The position numbers and the translations under genes are program-made. A stretch of 64,000 bases of DNA from the human T2T-CHM13v2.0 reference genome, Homo sapiens. The stretch is from assembly GCF_009914755.1 (NCBI RefSeq), contig NC_060942.1. The stretch is one strand, 5' to 3'. Under the pieces are notes generated by a model. That model was given only the letters and a program-made list of their open reading frames with translations. It ran no database searches and was not told where the DNA came from. Of this stretch, positions 1 through 12,210 are shown in pieces (position 1 is the stretch's first letter; each line of letters starts with the position of its first letter).

Positions 1-154
1 GAAGAATTAAGCTACTTAATTTCTCTTCAGCAAGTGACACAATAATTATCTTTCATTGAGTTAAACCAGTTGACTTCTGGCTTTTATGAGTTGCTTATAC
101 AATGTCACTCTCAAAAATTTCATAATCTAGTGGTCCTTTAGGAAACTCCAAGCC

Positions 155-677
155 TGTGATGTTTTAAAATGTGTCCGTAAAGTCATCAACTCTTCATTTT
201 GAGAAGTGGAACTTAATTTCTCTCCTCTTGAGTGTCACTGGAATTGCTTCTGATAAGTAGAAGTGGTAGTGTGCAAATTCTGAGACTGGGTCATAAAAGG
301 CACTGGGGCTTCTTCTTGATCTTTCTGTTCCCTGTCACTTGCTTTTGGAGAAGCCAGTTGTTATGTCATGTGCAGTTTTATGGAGAGTCTCATATGATGA
401 GAAAGCAAGGCCTCTTGACAACATCCAACAAGAAATTGAGGCTTACTTTGAGCAGTGACTGAATTCTCTCGAAAGTGGATCCCCCAGATCTAGCCAGTCT
501 TCAGATTTCTGAAGCTTTGGCCACATGTCAACTGCAGCTTCATTAGACTCTGAGCCAGAACCACCCAGCCAAATTGCTCCCAAGTTTCTGATCAACAGAA
601 ACTGAGATAATAAATATTTGTGGTTTTAAGTTGCTAATTTTGAGGAATTTGTTCCACAGCAATTGATAACTAATACA
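155..677 (+). mobile_element. MaLR solo LTR (MLT1 family, MLT1F-like)
   Basis: Starts TGTG and ends with the typical MLT1 3' end 'ttttaagttgctaattttgaggaatttgttccacagcaattgataactaataca', preceded by an ataaa poly(A) signal. Confidence 0.75.
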
Positions 678-986
678 AGCACATAGGCAACTATGTAATG
701 GTGAAAATATTTCTTTTTCAAGCAAAGTTTCCTCTGAAAGAAAATGTCATGCTCTAATAGAGGTAACCTAATTGATTGAGAACACATTTGGGCTTCCTAC
801 TTTATAAAGGAAAAGGCTCCCCAGTCTCATGACTTTTTTTCTCCTGCTCTGGCATGAATTGCTGTTACACTGACTGCTCTTAGTCCTTAAATGTCAAGAA
901 AGGTGTGCTTTGTCAGAAACAGGATTTGAGTTGCTTACATTTGAGAATTTTATGAAGAAATGGGAACGAAATAGAAAACGTGTTCA

Positions 987-1493
987 TTTTTGCGGTATAA
1001 ATTTTTTGGCTTCCCAGAAAAAAAATTTCTATTAAATTACTGCCAGAAGGGGCCCTTTAAAAATACTTCTAAAAGAGAAAAATAGAGCCCATGCAGAACC
1101 ATTTTCAGGTGGATTGCATTAAGTTTATTCATAATTTGGATGAACTGGCACATGTTCTTGGCAAAAAAAGAAAGTCTCTTGTTTAAGAATGTTCTCCGTT
1201 ATAAATCCTGATGAAAAATTACTAGTTATTTTAGCTAAGGTGTCATTGCTTATAAGGAGATTGACAAGTATGTTTCACCAATGTAAGAATTTTTTGGGGA
1301 GACCATCAAAGCCTTTTCAGTTTCACTTCAGGTATAAACCTGAAGACATTTAAAAACACATCTTTTAAAGGCTACTATTGTTCAATCAAATGCTATTTCT
1401 TTTCTTTATTTTTCTGACATTAGTGATGAAGATCAGGTCAAAGATGACTTCATTGCCATGACTACAAAGAATTGATGTGATATGTTTTCAGCT
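987..1493. repeat. Copy 1 of a ~500 bp spaced direct duplication
   Basis: Aligns end to end with 2320-2822, e.g. 'attaaattactgccagaaggggccctttaa' and 'aatagagcccatgcagaaccattttcaggtg' occur in both. Confidence 0.95.
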
Positions 1494-2319
1494 CAAGTGC
1501 TCCTAAATCATATTGGATTTTTTTTATGTGTCATGTCAACAAAACAAGTTGGAATCAATCGTTTGTGGGAAACAGGTCACATATGTGGCCATGTTAAAGT
1601 TAACTTGACAATTTTAAGCTTTTTATTCAAGCCAAAGCATAGCAATCTTCATTTAGAGTCTGACCTTTGAGAATAATTAAAGTTTTATTATTGGATTTTA
1701 TTCTTTCCTTTTCTTAAGGAAGTGGCTTTTAAAAAATGAAAACAAAAGGTTGAGGGAAGCATTAGTTTGGTGATATTGTTTTGCTTTCCTCTTTGAAATA
1801 CATATCCAATTGAAAGTATTGTGTGCATTTTTCTGCATGATTACTCTGGAATGGAGAGCTCCAATGTTTTCAACAAAGTAATCTCAAAAGTGTCCTTTGA
1901 CTCTAAATGTTGAATAACACTTATTGACACATATTTTTTCTCCTATTTTCCTTCTTTGGAGAATACTTTTAGAGGTCATTGAAACTTCACTCAGTTTAGC
2001 TCCATTTTACTTGAAAACTTATTCATTGATTACCTTGGATAAATACATTGATAATTTATGCCAAGGGCTATTTATTTTTCTAGTAGACACACTTGTAATG
2101 TAAACCAATGTCAGATCTACTGTAGTACACTGTCAAAACTATCACCACCTGAGAACCTTGAAACTTTGCCTTTAAATATACCTGTACATTTAAAAAAGCA
2201 AATGTAACATGTTCTTTAGGAAAAAAATTCTCTATTTTTGAGTCTAAAAATGAGCTCAGCTACCTCTTTAAGAGATGATATAATGATGTGCCACACCTGC
2301 CTTCAGAGAACTGAGTACA

Positions 2320-2822
2320 AATTTTGGTATGGTTCAAATTTTCTGGCTTTCCCAGAAAAAAATTATTAAATTACTGCCAGAAGGGGCCCTTTAAAATATT
2401 TTAGAATAGAAAAATAGAGCCCATGCAGAACCATTTTCAGGTGAATTGTATTAAGTTTATTAATAATTTGGATGAACTGGCACATGTTCTTGGCAAAAAC
2501 AAGGGAAATCTCTTGTTTAAGAATGTTCTCCACTATAAATCCTGATGAAAAATTACTATTTTAGCTAAGAAGTTATTGTGTATAAGGAGACTGACAAGTA
2601 TATATTTCACCACTGTAAGAATTTTTTGGGGGACTCTCAAAATCTTTTCAGTTTCACTTGAGGTATAAACCAGAAGACATTCGAAAACACTTTTTTAAAG
2701 GCTACTATTGTTCAATGAAACACTATTTCTTTTCTTTATTTTTCTGACATTAGTGTTGAAAATCAGGTCAAAGGTGACTTCATCACCATGACTACAAAAG
2801 AATTTATGTGATGTTTTCAACT
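2320..2822. repeat. Copy 2 of the ~500 bp spaced direct duplication
   Basis: Same orientation as 987-1493 with scattered substitutions and small indels. Confidence 0.95.
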
Positions 2823-3803
2823 GTTTACTCCATAGTTCATTATCTGCCCTTATATAAGTAATCTTCAGAAATCTCACACAGTGAAATACTTAAAAGTAGA
2901 TTGAATTAAAACTCTATAAAACACATCATACTTACTTATAAAATTAACACAAGACCTAGTACAAGTTATCAGCAATATTTTGATGGTTCACTTATTTAAA
3001 GTATATATCAGTCATGATAGTTTATATTAACAACACAGCTTCTATTAAGCTAACATTGGAATAGCATGAAAGATATTTGCTTAGAGGAAGTAGTTGGTGA
3101 AAATGCTCTGAGTCTTTTTGTTGCTCAACAAGGGAACTTTTGGCAAGTTAACAGTGAGCAGGATTATCTTTCTTTAGAAAACAATTTTATAAATTGAATG
3201 CTATCTAAGAGCTCATTAGGGGACTATTTGGCATGTGAAATGCATTTTTTAAAAAAGTTTAGTTTGCAAGGCAACAAGCCTAATTTAATGCAAAATATAG
3301 GTGAAATATTATACCTTAGCAATTAAAATAGTGAAAAGATTTATATGTGAAAGTTGACATGCATATTGACATTTTACATATTACTTTTATGTTTATGTGA
3401 AGGTAGAAAAGAGAAAGAGAAGTGAAAGAAGAGAAAGAAGAAAAAAGTGAAAAAATTATTATAAATAATATTTCAAACAGCATTTTAATTCCATATATTC
3501 CTATTTCCTCAAAGGTTCCTGAAGATGACTCTTGTACTCTCCTGGCCAATTTAGCCCTACCTCTAGTGTTATCTCGTTCTGTAGTCTTTGTACTTGTCTT
3601 CCATTTCAAACCTTTTCCAAAACCTATGTCAAAATAGGTTTTCTTATCTTGAAAATAGATTGGGGATCACAGCACTATTTTTTTTACACCTAGAAAGTAA
3701 TTTGTTTGGCTATGAAGACATGAAGTAATTAGTATTACTTGAAATAATGTCTAGTTTCTACCTTATGAAAAAACATTATCTTTTAGTTTGATTAAAAAAC
3801 ATA

Positions 3804-4303
3804 CAAATTGGCCCTTGAATAATGTGGGTTTGAACTGCTCAGGTTCACTTACACACACATTTAAAAAAAAGAAAAGAGTTACACCAAGTGTTCCTGCTTC
3901 TCCTGCCTCCTTTTCACCTCCTCTACCTCTTCTACTGCAGAGATAGCAAGACCAAGTCCCCCTCTTTCCCCTCCCACTCATCCTACTCAATGTGAAGGCA
4001 ATGAGGATAGAAACCTTCATGATGATCCACTTCCACTTAATGAATAGTAAATACATTTTCTCACCTGTTTGATTTTATTAGTAACATTTTCTTTTTCTAG
4101 CTTGCTTTATTGTAAGAATACAGTATATAATATGTATAACCTACAAAATATGTGTTAACTGGCTACTGATATTATCGGTAAGGCTTCCAGTCATCAGTAG
4201 ACTATTAATAGTTTAGTTTTGGGGGAGTTAAAAGTTATACACAGATTTTGAACTGCAAGAGGGTAGGTACTTCCTAACCCCCTTGTTGTTCAAAGGTCAA
4301 CTG
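3804..4303 (+). mobile_element. Tigger2a (MER28)-like non-autonomous TcMar DNA transposon
   Basis: Terminal inverted repeats caaattggcccttgaataa / ttgttcaaaggtcaactg, TA on both sides, internal 'gatgatccacttccacttaatgaatagtaaat' motif. Confidence 0.85.
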
Positions 4304-4589
4304 TACATCCTTTTCATAGAAAAATGTAGAAATATATCAAAAAAAGATGATAATTTTTAACCTTGTTTTGTGTTTGTATTTGTCATACTTTTATAAAAAT
4401 ATACCTACACAATTTATTTTTAAAGAAAAAATGAGATTCTGCTATTCTATTGAGTCTAGAACCATCAATTATTAAATATAATTTTTCTTGTGCTGTTAAG
4501 AATGCCACTGTATTACAATGCTTTAAAAAAATCTTAGATTTTTAATAACTCTTTTTGAAAGAACTTGTTATTTAGACATATAATTTTAA

Positions 4590-5180
4590 AAGGCTGAATA
4601 ATATTCCATTATAGTTTCTTCATTCATCTGTCAACAAACTCATCAGTTGTTTTTGTATGTTGGCTATTGTGAGAAATGCTGCAATGAACATGGGAGCACT
4701 GGATCATATGGTAATTCTATTTTTAATTTCTTTGGGGACACCCACACTGTTTTCCACAGTGGTCACACCAATCTACATTCCCACCAAGAGTGTACATGTG
4801 TTTCCTATCTCTCTATTCATACAAACACTTGTTATTTCTTGGCCTCTTGATAAAAGCCATCCTAAAAGGTGAGAGATGATATTTCATTGTTGTTTTGATT
4901 ACATTTCCCTCATGATTAGTGATGTTGAGCACCCTTTAATATACCTATTGGCAATTTATGTGTCTTCTTTGGAAAAATGTTTATTCAGATGCCAATTTTT
5001 AAACTGGGTTACTTGTGGATTTTTTTGTTTACTTTGTTTGCTATTGTTTGTTATATAATTTGGATATTAACCCCTTATCAGATATGTGGTTTGCCAATAT
5101 TTTCTCCTAATGTGTAAGCTTCTTTTTCATTTTGTTGTTTGTTTCCTTTGTTGTATGAAAGCATTTTAGTTTGATGTAGC
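4590..5180 (-). mobile_element. Old L1 (L1M) fragment, ORF2 3' region
   Basis: Antisense L1 motifs such as 'gatgttgagcacc', 'tcttctttggaaaaatgtttattcag', 'ggatattaaccccttatcagat'. Confidence 0.8.
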
Positions 5181-6164
5181 TGTAAATATTAAATATGCAT
5201 TCTTAAATATTTTAAAATCAATAATTCATAATATGCTATGATGTGTGTTCTGTTATATAATCCACATTCTATTATTTAAGCATTTGGGCTCTTTTGATCT
5301 TTCATCATAGAAGCAATGCAGTAATAAGAATACTTTTAAGAATGTGCATATTTTCAAATTGCTTCTATAAAGATGGTTCCAGTTTACATTTCTATTAGGA
5401 ATAATATTCATCCTCTATTAGTGATCATAAAGTCTTCTAATTGATATCTACTTTATATTTCTTTTAAAGTACACTTTTCTGCTAATGGTTTGTGCCTTCC
5501 TTTCCAGTTTGGAATATTGGTCTCCTTACGGAAAATACAAAGGCTAATTAGTTATTTTGTAACATAGTTTTTAATGTAATATAACTGTTCAATTGTTTCT
5601 TTTCCTACTCAAAGGTTTAAATTCTCCTTCCCTCTCTCCCTTTCTCCCTTCCTTCTTTCCTTTCTTTTTCTATTTTTGTTTAAACTTCTAGCTCTCTTAT
5701 ACATCCCTTTCATTCCATGGAATCGGACTCATGCCTGTATATTTCCAAGATTTATCTATTTCCAAGAATCAGACAAAGGATTAACAATTTATCTCTTTCC
5801 AATAAATATTTGAGAAAAGTGAAAAGTTAATTTTACCTTAATTAACTTTAATCAGTTAATTTTTACTTTTTTATATTTAAGACATGACAAATTATTGATA
5901 GTTCTAAAGAAAAGTAAAAATATAAAAGTCTAGGGCTGTTTCACATGCTAACTGAGCACCTCAGTTTGACACTTAAAGAATTTTTAATTAACTGGGCTGA
6001 TGTGAAAATAAAATGAATAATAAAGTCGTGCTGGCAATTTATAATTTTTCAAGCAACTTACAAGAAATTTAAAATAGCTGTAAATCAAGGTAAGTTTATC
6101 TCTCCAAGCTGTGTCTGTATATTAATTTCAAATGACAGAAAAATAGATATTTTTTTTGCTGTAC

Positions 6165-6190
6165 TACACACACACACACACACACATATA
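6165..6190. repeat. (CA)n microsatellite
   Basis: Visible acacacac run. Confidence 0.9.
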
Positions 6191-6449
6191 CCCAAATACT
6201 TGGCTCTGCTTTCAGAATTTTCTCTCAGTCTAGTAGTATTCTGTAGATTGGGAAAGATGAAACAAAAAATATGGGAGTGTCAAAAACATGTAAGTGGTAA
6301 AATAGATCCATCATAGCATATATTTGAAGAATAGTATATTATATCTGCAATAAATGGGTAATTTTTTTCCTTTTTGTAAAGTTTTTCAAATATTCTTATA
6401 TTTATAGGATATAAGAGATGTTATAACTGCATTATTAAAAGAAAGAGAT

Positions 6450-6640
6450 CTGAAGATGGACCTGGGTTCAGATATAGGTCAATTCTGAATGGCCTGGCCA
6501 TGCCATTCAACTTGTCAAAGCCTCACATTTTTTATGTATGCAACAAAGGATACCACCAGCATCCCACAGGGTGGCTGAGAAAGTTGAATGTGATGTTTCA
6601 TAGACAGCACTCATTTTAGAGGTTAATACATAAGAGGTGT
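6450..6640 (+). mobile_element. MIR SINE fragment
   Basis: Degenerate MIR core 'gacctgggttc ... aagcctcacattt ... cacagggtggctgagaaagttgaatg'. Confidence 0.55.
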
Positions 6641-7919
6641 TCAACCATTATCCCTTTTGATGATCACGGTTATTGTTGTTAATGGAGGAAGTGAAATGAT
6701 GGTTTGAGGATTCCTTCTTGCTTTCTGAGGAGGGAAGCCTGTATTACATTTGGTACAGGAAAATTGCAGGTATAGGAACTTTCTAAACCATGGGTGGTCC
6801 TACAAATATATAGGTTGGACATGTACAGAATCACATTTTTGCTTCAGTTAAACATCTTGTTCCTATCCCAGCCTTGTTTGGTTGGGTAAATACCAATCTG
6901 ATAATAAACACATTTGAACAAACAAACTACCCCTTACACAAAATACCTGAATGTGAGAAGCTGTTCAGAAAATATAACCTTAAATTACTTGCAGCAGAAA
7001 TATTATAAAAAGAGTTGAGGAGAGTTCTATGTAAGCAAGAGTGGATGAAGGAATTGTAGTCCATTTGCTCTTGTAGATTTAGCAGATTTACTAGACCAGT
7101 AATTGTCAAGAAATTGTCCTCATAGGAGAAGAGGGTCCTTCATGGACAGAGAATTTTGTCTATGACTTTCAGCCCTTCAGCCATTCAATCCAAATTTATT
7201 GACCTAGGAAAGGAACAGCACCAACTGCCTAGAACAAGAAAATAATTGTTTAGTTAGAGTTAAAAAGCAGAGTTTTACAAGTCTACAGTGGGACAATCCC
7301 ACTGATAGCCTGTATTTCATGAGGGAGAAAAAAGTGTATTCTCAGACTTCCCTAAACTGGTTTTCATATGTCAACACAAAGCCTAAAGGATTAAGTATAG
7401 AGAAAATTACTGAGTAAATTAAATAAAGACATGATATAAAGGAAAATTCTGCTACCCAGGAAAAGGAAAGTCCTTTCTGTTCTCAAAGGAAGAGCTTGGA
7501 AGATAGCTAGAGCAAACAGGAGGCACTAAGTCATGTAGGGATATCCTAATTCCTACTCAAGAATCAACATTTCTAGGGAAGAGGAAATAAGTATCTAGAT
7601 TGGATGAGAGAAATGTGAGAATCTTTGTGTTGGTAATGTCTGGGTATAGCCTCTTAGGCACATTTCATGCAGCTTCATATTCAATATGTTATCCAAAGTG
7701 GCTTGGAAATGGAAGAATAGCTGGGGGTGAGGCCTAGAAGAGCCAGCATGAGCATAATTACATAGGTGCCCAATCACACATCCTGTTTCAGGAATGAGCC
7801 CATTTATAGGTTCCAATGAGAGTGTAATTTGTGAAAGAACCAGGGAATAGCCCTGGAGCTGAGAAGAGGGGCTTCATAACACAGGTATCTCTCAACCAGA
7901 GCCAATATGATTGAGGGAC

Positions 7920-8280
7920 AGTATGGTTATAGCTTTGTAAGAAACTGCCAAGCTATTTTGTAATGTGGCTATACCATTTTGTATTCCCACCAGCAATAAA
8001 TGGGAGTTCCTGTTGCTTTGCATCCTTGACAACAGTTGGTATTGTCAGGTTTTTAAATTTTAGCCAATCTAATAGATATAGAGTAGAATCTCATTTTGTT
8101 TTAATTTGCAGTTCCTCAATGGCAAATGATGTTGATAATCTCCACATATGCTTTTTCTCATCTACCTCTTATTTGATGAGGTCTCTAATTGGTTTCTTAT
8201 GGTTGAGTGCTGAGATTTTTTTGTGATTTGGATACAAGTCCTTTATCAGAGAAGTATTTTGCAAATTTTTTCTCCCGCAT
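7920..8280 (-). mobile_element. L1M fragment (ORF2 3' part)
   Basis: 'ctttgtaagaaactgccaa', 'ccattttgtattcccaccagcaat', 'ggatacaagtcctttatcaga'. Confidence 0.75.
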
Positions 8281-8975
8281 ATTTTGGCTCTCTGTTGTTA
8301 GGTGTATACACATTTAATATTGTTATGTCTTCTTGAATAATTTACCTCTTTGTCATTAAGTAGTGCCTCCTTTTTCTTCTGAATAATTTTTCTTATAATA
8401 TGGTTTGTTTTCTCTGAAATTAACATAGCTACTACAGCTGTTTTTTTAAATTCGTGTTAGCACGGTGTAGCTTTCCTCATCCCTAACTTTTAACATATCT
8501 GAATCTTTTTATTCTCAAGTCTTTATATTTAAAGACCCATATAATTGGGTATTTTTTAATTCCTTCTGGTAGTCTTTGTCTTCTAATTCATGTCTTTGGA
8601 TCATTGTATTTAGAGTGGTTATTGATATATTTGAATTAATATCAAACATGTTTGTAACTTTTTAATGCCAGAGGCTTCTTCTACATTCTCTGAATTTAGT
8701 TGAATATTATGATTCCATTTATCTCCTTATTTGCACATTAATTATGCTTATTTTTAAATAGTTTCCCTAAGGTTATAAACTGGAGTGGTAAGATAGATGT
8801 TTAATTACTCACATTTGCCTTCAAATTACACCAATTTATTTCATGTGTAATGCAGGTAACTTAGAGAATTCTCAATACTTCCCTCCCTTATAACATTGCT
8901 ATCATTTATTTCCCTTATCCATATGATACAATCACCAGTAAACCAATACATGGTTATTATTTAGTATTATTATTG
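8280..8975 (-). mobile_element. Old L1M (L1MC/MD-like) ORF1-ORF2 region, left part; appears to resume at ~11990
   Basis: 'attgttatgtcttcttgaataatttacc', 'tctgaaattaacatagctactacagct' are antisense endonuclease-region motifs. Confidence 0.6.
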
Positions 8976-8979
8976 AATT

Positions 8980-11900
8980 AATTTATTTTTCTACTCTTAT
9001 TTTCTAATTTGGGGTTTGGGGTACATGATTTTTCCATAGTTGTTGAACTATTTTATATTCCCAGCAGCATGTATAAATTCCCTTTTCTCTGCAACCTCAC
9101 CAGCATTTGTTCTTTTTTGATTTTTTAGTAATGGTCACTCTGACTGGTGTGAGATGGTATCTCATTATGGTTTTGATTTGCATTTCTCTAATGGTTAGTG
9201 ATGATGAGCATTTTTTTCATATATTTATTGTCTACATGTATGTATTCTTTTGAGAAGTATCTGTTCATATCCTTTGGGCATTTTTAAATGGAATTATTTG
9301 TTATTTGTTTGTTGATTTAAGTTCCTCATAGATTCTGGATATTAGACCTTTGTTGGATGCATAGTTTATGAATACTTCCTCTCAATCCATAGGTTGTCTG
9401 TTTACTCTGCTTATAGTTTCTTTTTTTGTGCAGAAGCTCGTGAGTTTACTTAGGACATACTTGCCAATTTTTTATTTTGTTGCAATTGCCTTTGGAGACT
9501 TTGTCATAAATTCCTTGCCAAGGCGAATATACAGAATGGTATTTCTTAGGTTTTCTTCTAAACTTTTTATTGTTTTTGGTTTTACATTTAAGTCTTTAAT
9601 CCATCTTGAGTTGATTTTTATATATGGTGCAAAAAAAGTGGTCTGATTTCAATCTTCTGTAAATAGCTAGCCAATTATTCCAGCACCATTTATTGAATAT
9701 GGAGTCTTTTCCCCATTGTTTGTTATTGATGACTTTGTTGAGAGTCAGGTGGTTGTAGGTGTATGGTTCTATTTCTGGGTTCTCTACCCTGTTCCATTAG
9801 TCTTTATATCTGCTTTTGTACCAGCCCAATGTTGTTTTGCTTACTGTAGCCTTGTAGTATTGTTTGAAGTAGGGCAATGTAATGCCTCTAGCTTTGTTTT
9901 TGTTGCTTAGGATTGCATTGGTGATTTGGTCTCTTTTTGGTTCCATATGAATTTTAGAATAGCTGCTTCTAATTCCGTGGTATAAGAATAGTCACTCATT
10001 TTTGTCTTCCATTGCCTGAGAGATCCTTCTCCATCCTTTTACTTTGAGCATACGGGTGGCATTACTTGTTAGATAAGTCTCTTGAAGACAGCAGATAACT
10101 GTGTTGTGTCTTTATCCAACTTGCTACTCCATGCCTTTTAAGTTAGGCATTTAGTCAATGTACATTCAGTGTCAGTATTAACATGTGAAGATTTGATCTT
10201 GCCATTGTGGTGTTAGCTGGTTGTTATGTAGACTATTCTATAGTTGCTTTGTAATGTCAATGGGCTGTGTACTTGCTTTGTAATGTCAATGAGCTGTGTA
10301 CTTAAATGTTTTTGTAATGGTAGTTATCTTCTTTCATTTCCATGTTTAGCACTCCCTTTGTCACCTCTTGTAAGGCAGGTCTATTGGTAATAAATTCCCT
10401 TAGCATTTGTGTGTCTGAAAAGGATTTCATTTCTCCTTTGTTTATGAAACTTAGTTTGGCAGGATATGAAATTCTTGGTTAGAATTTATTTTCTTAAGGA
10501 CATTGAAAATAGGACCTCAGTCTCTTCTGGCTTGTAAGGTTTCTGCTGAAGGGTCTACTGTTAGGCTGATGAAGTTCCCTTTGTAAATGACCTACCCCTT
10601 CTCTCTAGCTGCCTTTAAGCTTTTTCTTTCACATTGACCTTGGAGAATCTGATGACTATGTGTCTTGGGGATTGTCATCTTGAGTAGATAACATCTTACA
10701 GGGGTTCTTTGTATTTCTTGAATTTTCATGTCAACCTCTCTAGTGAGATTGCAAAAATTTCTGTGAAACAAACTTTCAAATATGTTTTTCAAGTTGCTTG
10801 CTTTTTCTCCTTTTCTTTCAGGAATGCCAATGAGTCATAGGTTTGCTCTCTTTATATAATCCTATATATTAGAGGTTTTGTTCATTTGTTAATTAATTTT
10901 TTGTCTGCCTGTGTTGCTTTGAAGGAGTGTTCTTCAAGCTCTGAGATTCTTTCCTCAGCTTGGTCTTTTCTATTGTTCATGCTCCAATTGTATTTTGAAG
11001 TTTCTATGGTGAATTTTTCATTTCCAGAAGTTGCTTTTTTTAAATGATTATGTCATCTTTCAACTCTTGGATTATTTTACTGTTTTCCTTGTATTGGGTT
11101 TCAGCCTTCTCTTTGTCCTGATAATCTTCCTTGCCATCCAGATTCTGAATTCTATGTCTGACATTTTAGCCATTTCAATCTGGTTAAAAAATCATTGCTT
11201 GGGGGCTGGTGTGATCATTTGGAGGTAAGAAGACACTACTCTGGCTTTTAGAGTTGCCAGAGTTTTTGTGCTGGCTCTTTCTCATATGTGAGAACTGATG
11301 TTTCTTTATCCTTTGGAGTTGCTGTCCTTTGGAAGGGGCCTTTTGTTTTCATGCTCTTTATTGCCCTTGAGGATTTGACTACAGTGCAAGTTGTGTATGG
11401 TTGAATGGTTCTGATTCTGGATGCTTTTAGAGGCCATGGATCAGTTGTATACTTCTGGGCTGCATGCTCTAATTCTGGCTGGCTGGAACTGGGTCCATGG
11501 CTGTGTCTTCTCATTCCTTGACATCAAGCTCTGGCTGAGTAGGAGGGGCTGAAGTGCTCCTAGATGACTGACATCAGCCCATCATCGGGGTGGTGGGGGT
11601 GACATGCATGGGAAATATCCTGGTGGGAGTGGTGGAGGTGCCACGGGTGAATATGCTCCAGAGGGTTATGGGAGGGTGCACTATGATGGGAGGCTGTCAG
11701 CAAAAGTGCTCTGGTGTGTGGTGTGGGGGCACTGCCGGCAGGAAGCACTGCAGCTGGGGCAGTGGGGTTGCTGCAAGGGAATGTGCTCTGGAAGGGTGGG
11801 AGCAGGGTTGCAGGTGAGCATGCTATGGCAAGGGGCTGTCAGCAAAAGCACTCCATTGTGAGTGGTGGGGGTGCCTGGAGTGGGAAGCACTCCAGCAGGA

Positions 11901-11985
11901 GTGCCAAGGGTGAACATGCTCCAGAGTGCAGGTGTCGAGGTAATGGCAAATGTGCTCTGGCAGGAAACCGCCAGCAGAAGTGCTC
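8980..11985 (-). mobile_element. Primate L1 (L1P4/L1PB-like) with 5' UTR, ORF1 and internally deleted ORF2
   Basis: ORF1 remnant 10592-10792 (EIQRTPVR, LKAAREKG), ORF2 3' motifs 9030-9980, G-rich repetitive 5' UTR at 11560-11985. Confidence 0.8.
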
Positions 11986-11989
11986 TAGT

Positions 11990-12210
11990 AGTGCTTATTA
12001 TGATTTTAAACAAGCAGCTATCTTTTATACCAATTAAAATAAGAAAAATATTTTATTTTGTCCACAGTTATTTCTTCTCCGATAGTTTTTTCTCCATGTA
12101 GATCCATGTTTCTTAACTCTATCATTTTCTTCTTCCTAAATAAAATCCTTTAACATTTCTTGCAGTGAAGATTTGCTGGTGATGAATTCCCTCCGTGTTT
12201 TATTGTTTGA
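11990..12210 (-). mobile_element. Continuation of the old L1M interrupted at ~8975
   Basis: 'caattaaaataagaaaaata', 'tttaacatttcttgcagtgaagatttgctggtgatgaattccctc'. Confidence 0.55.
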
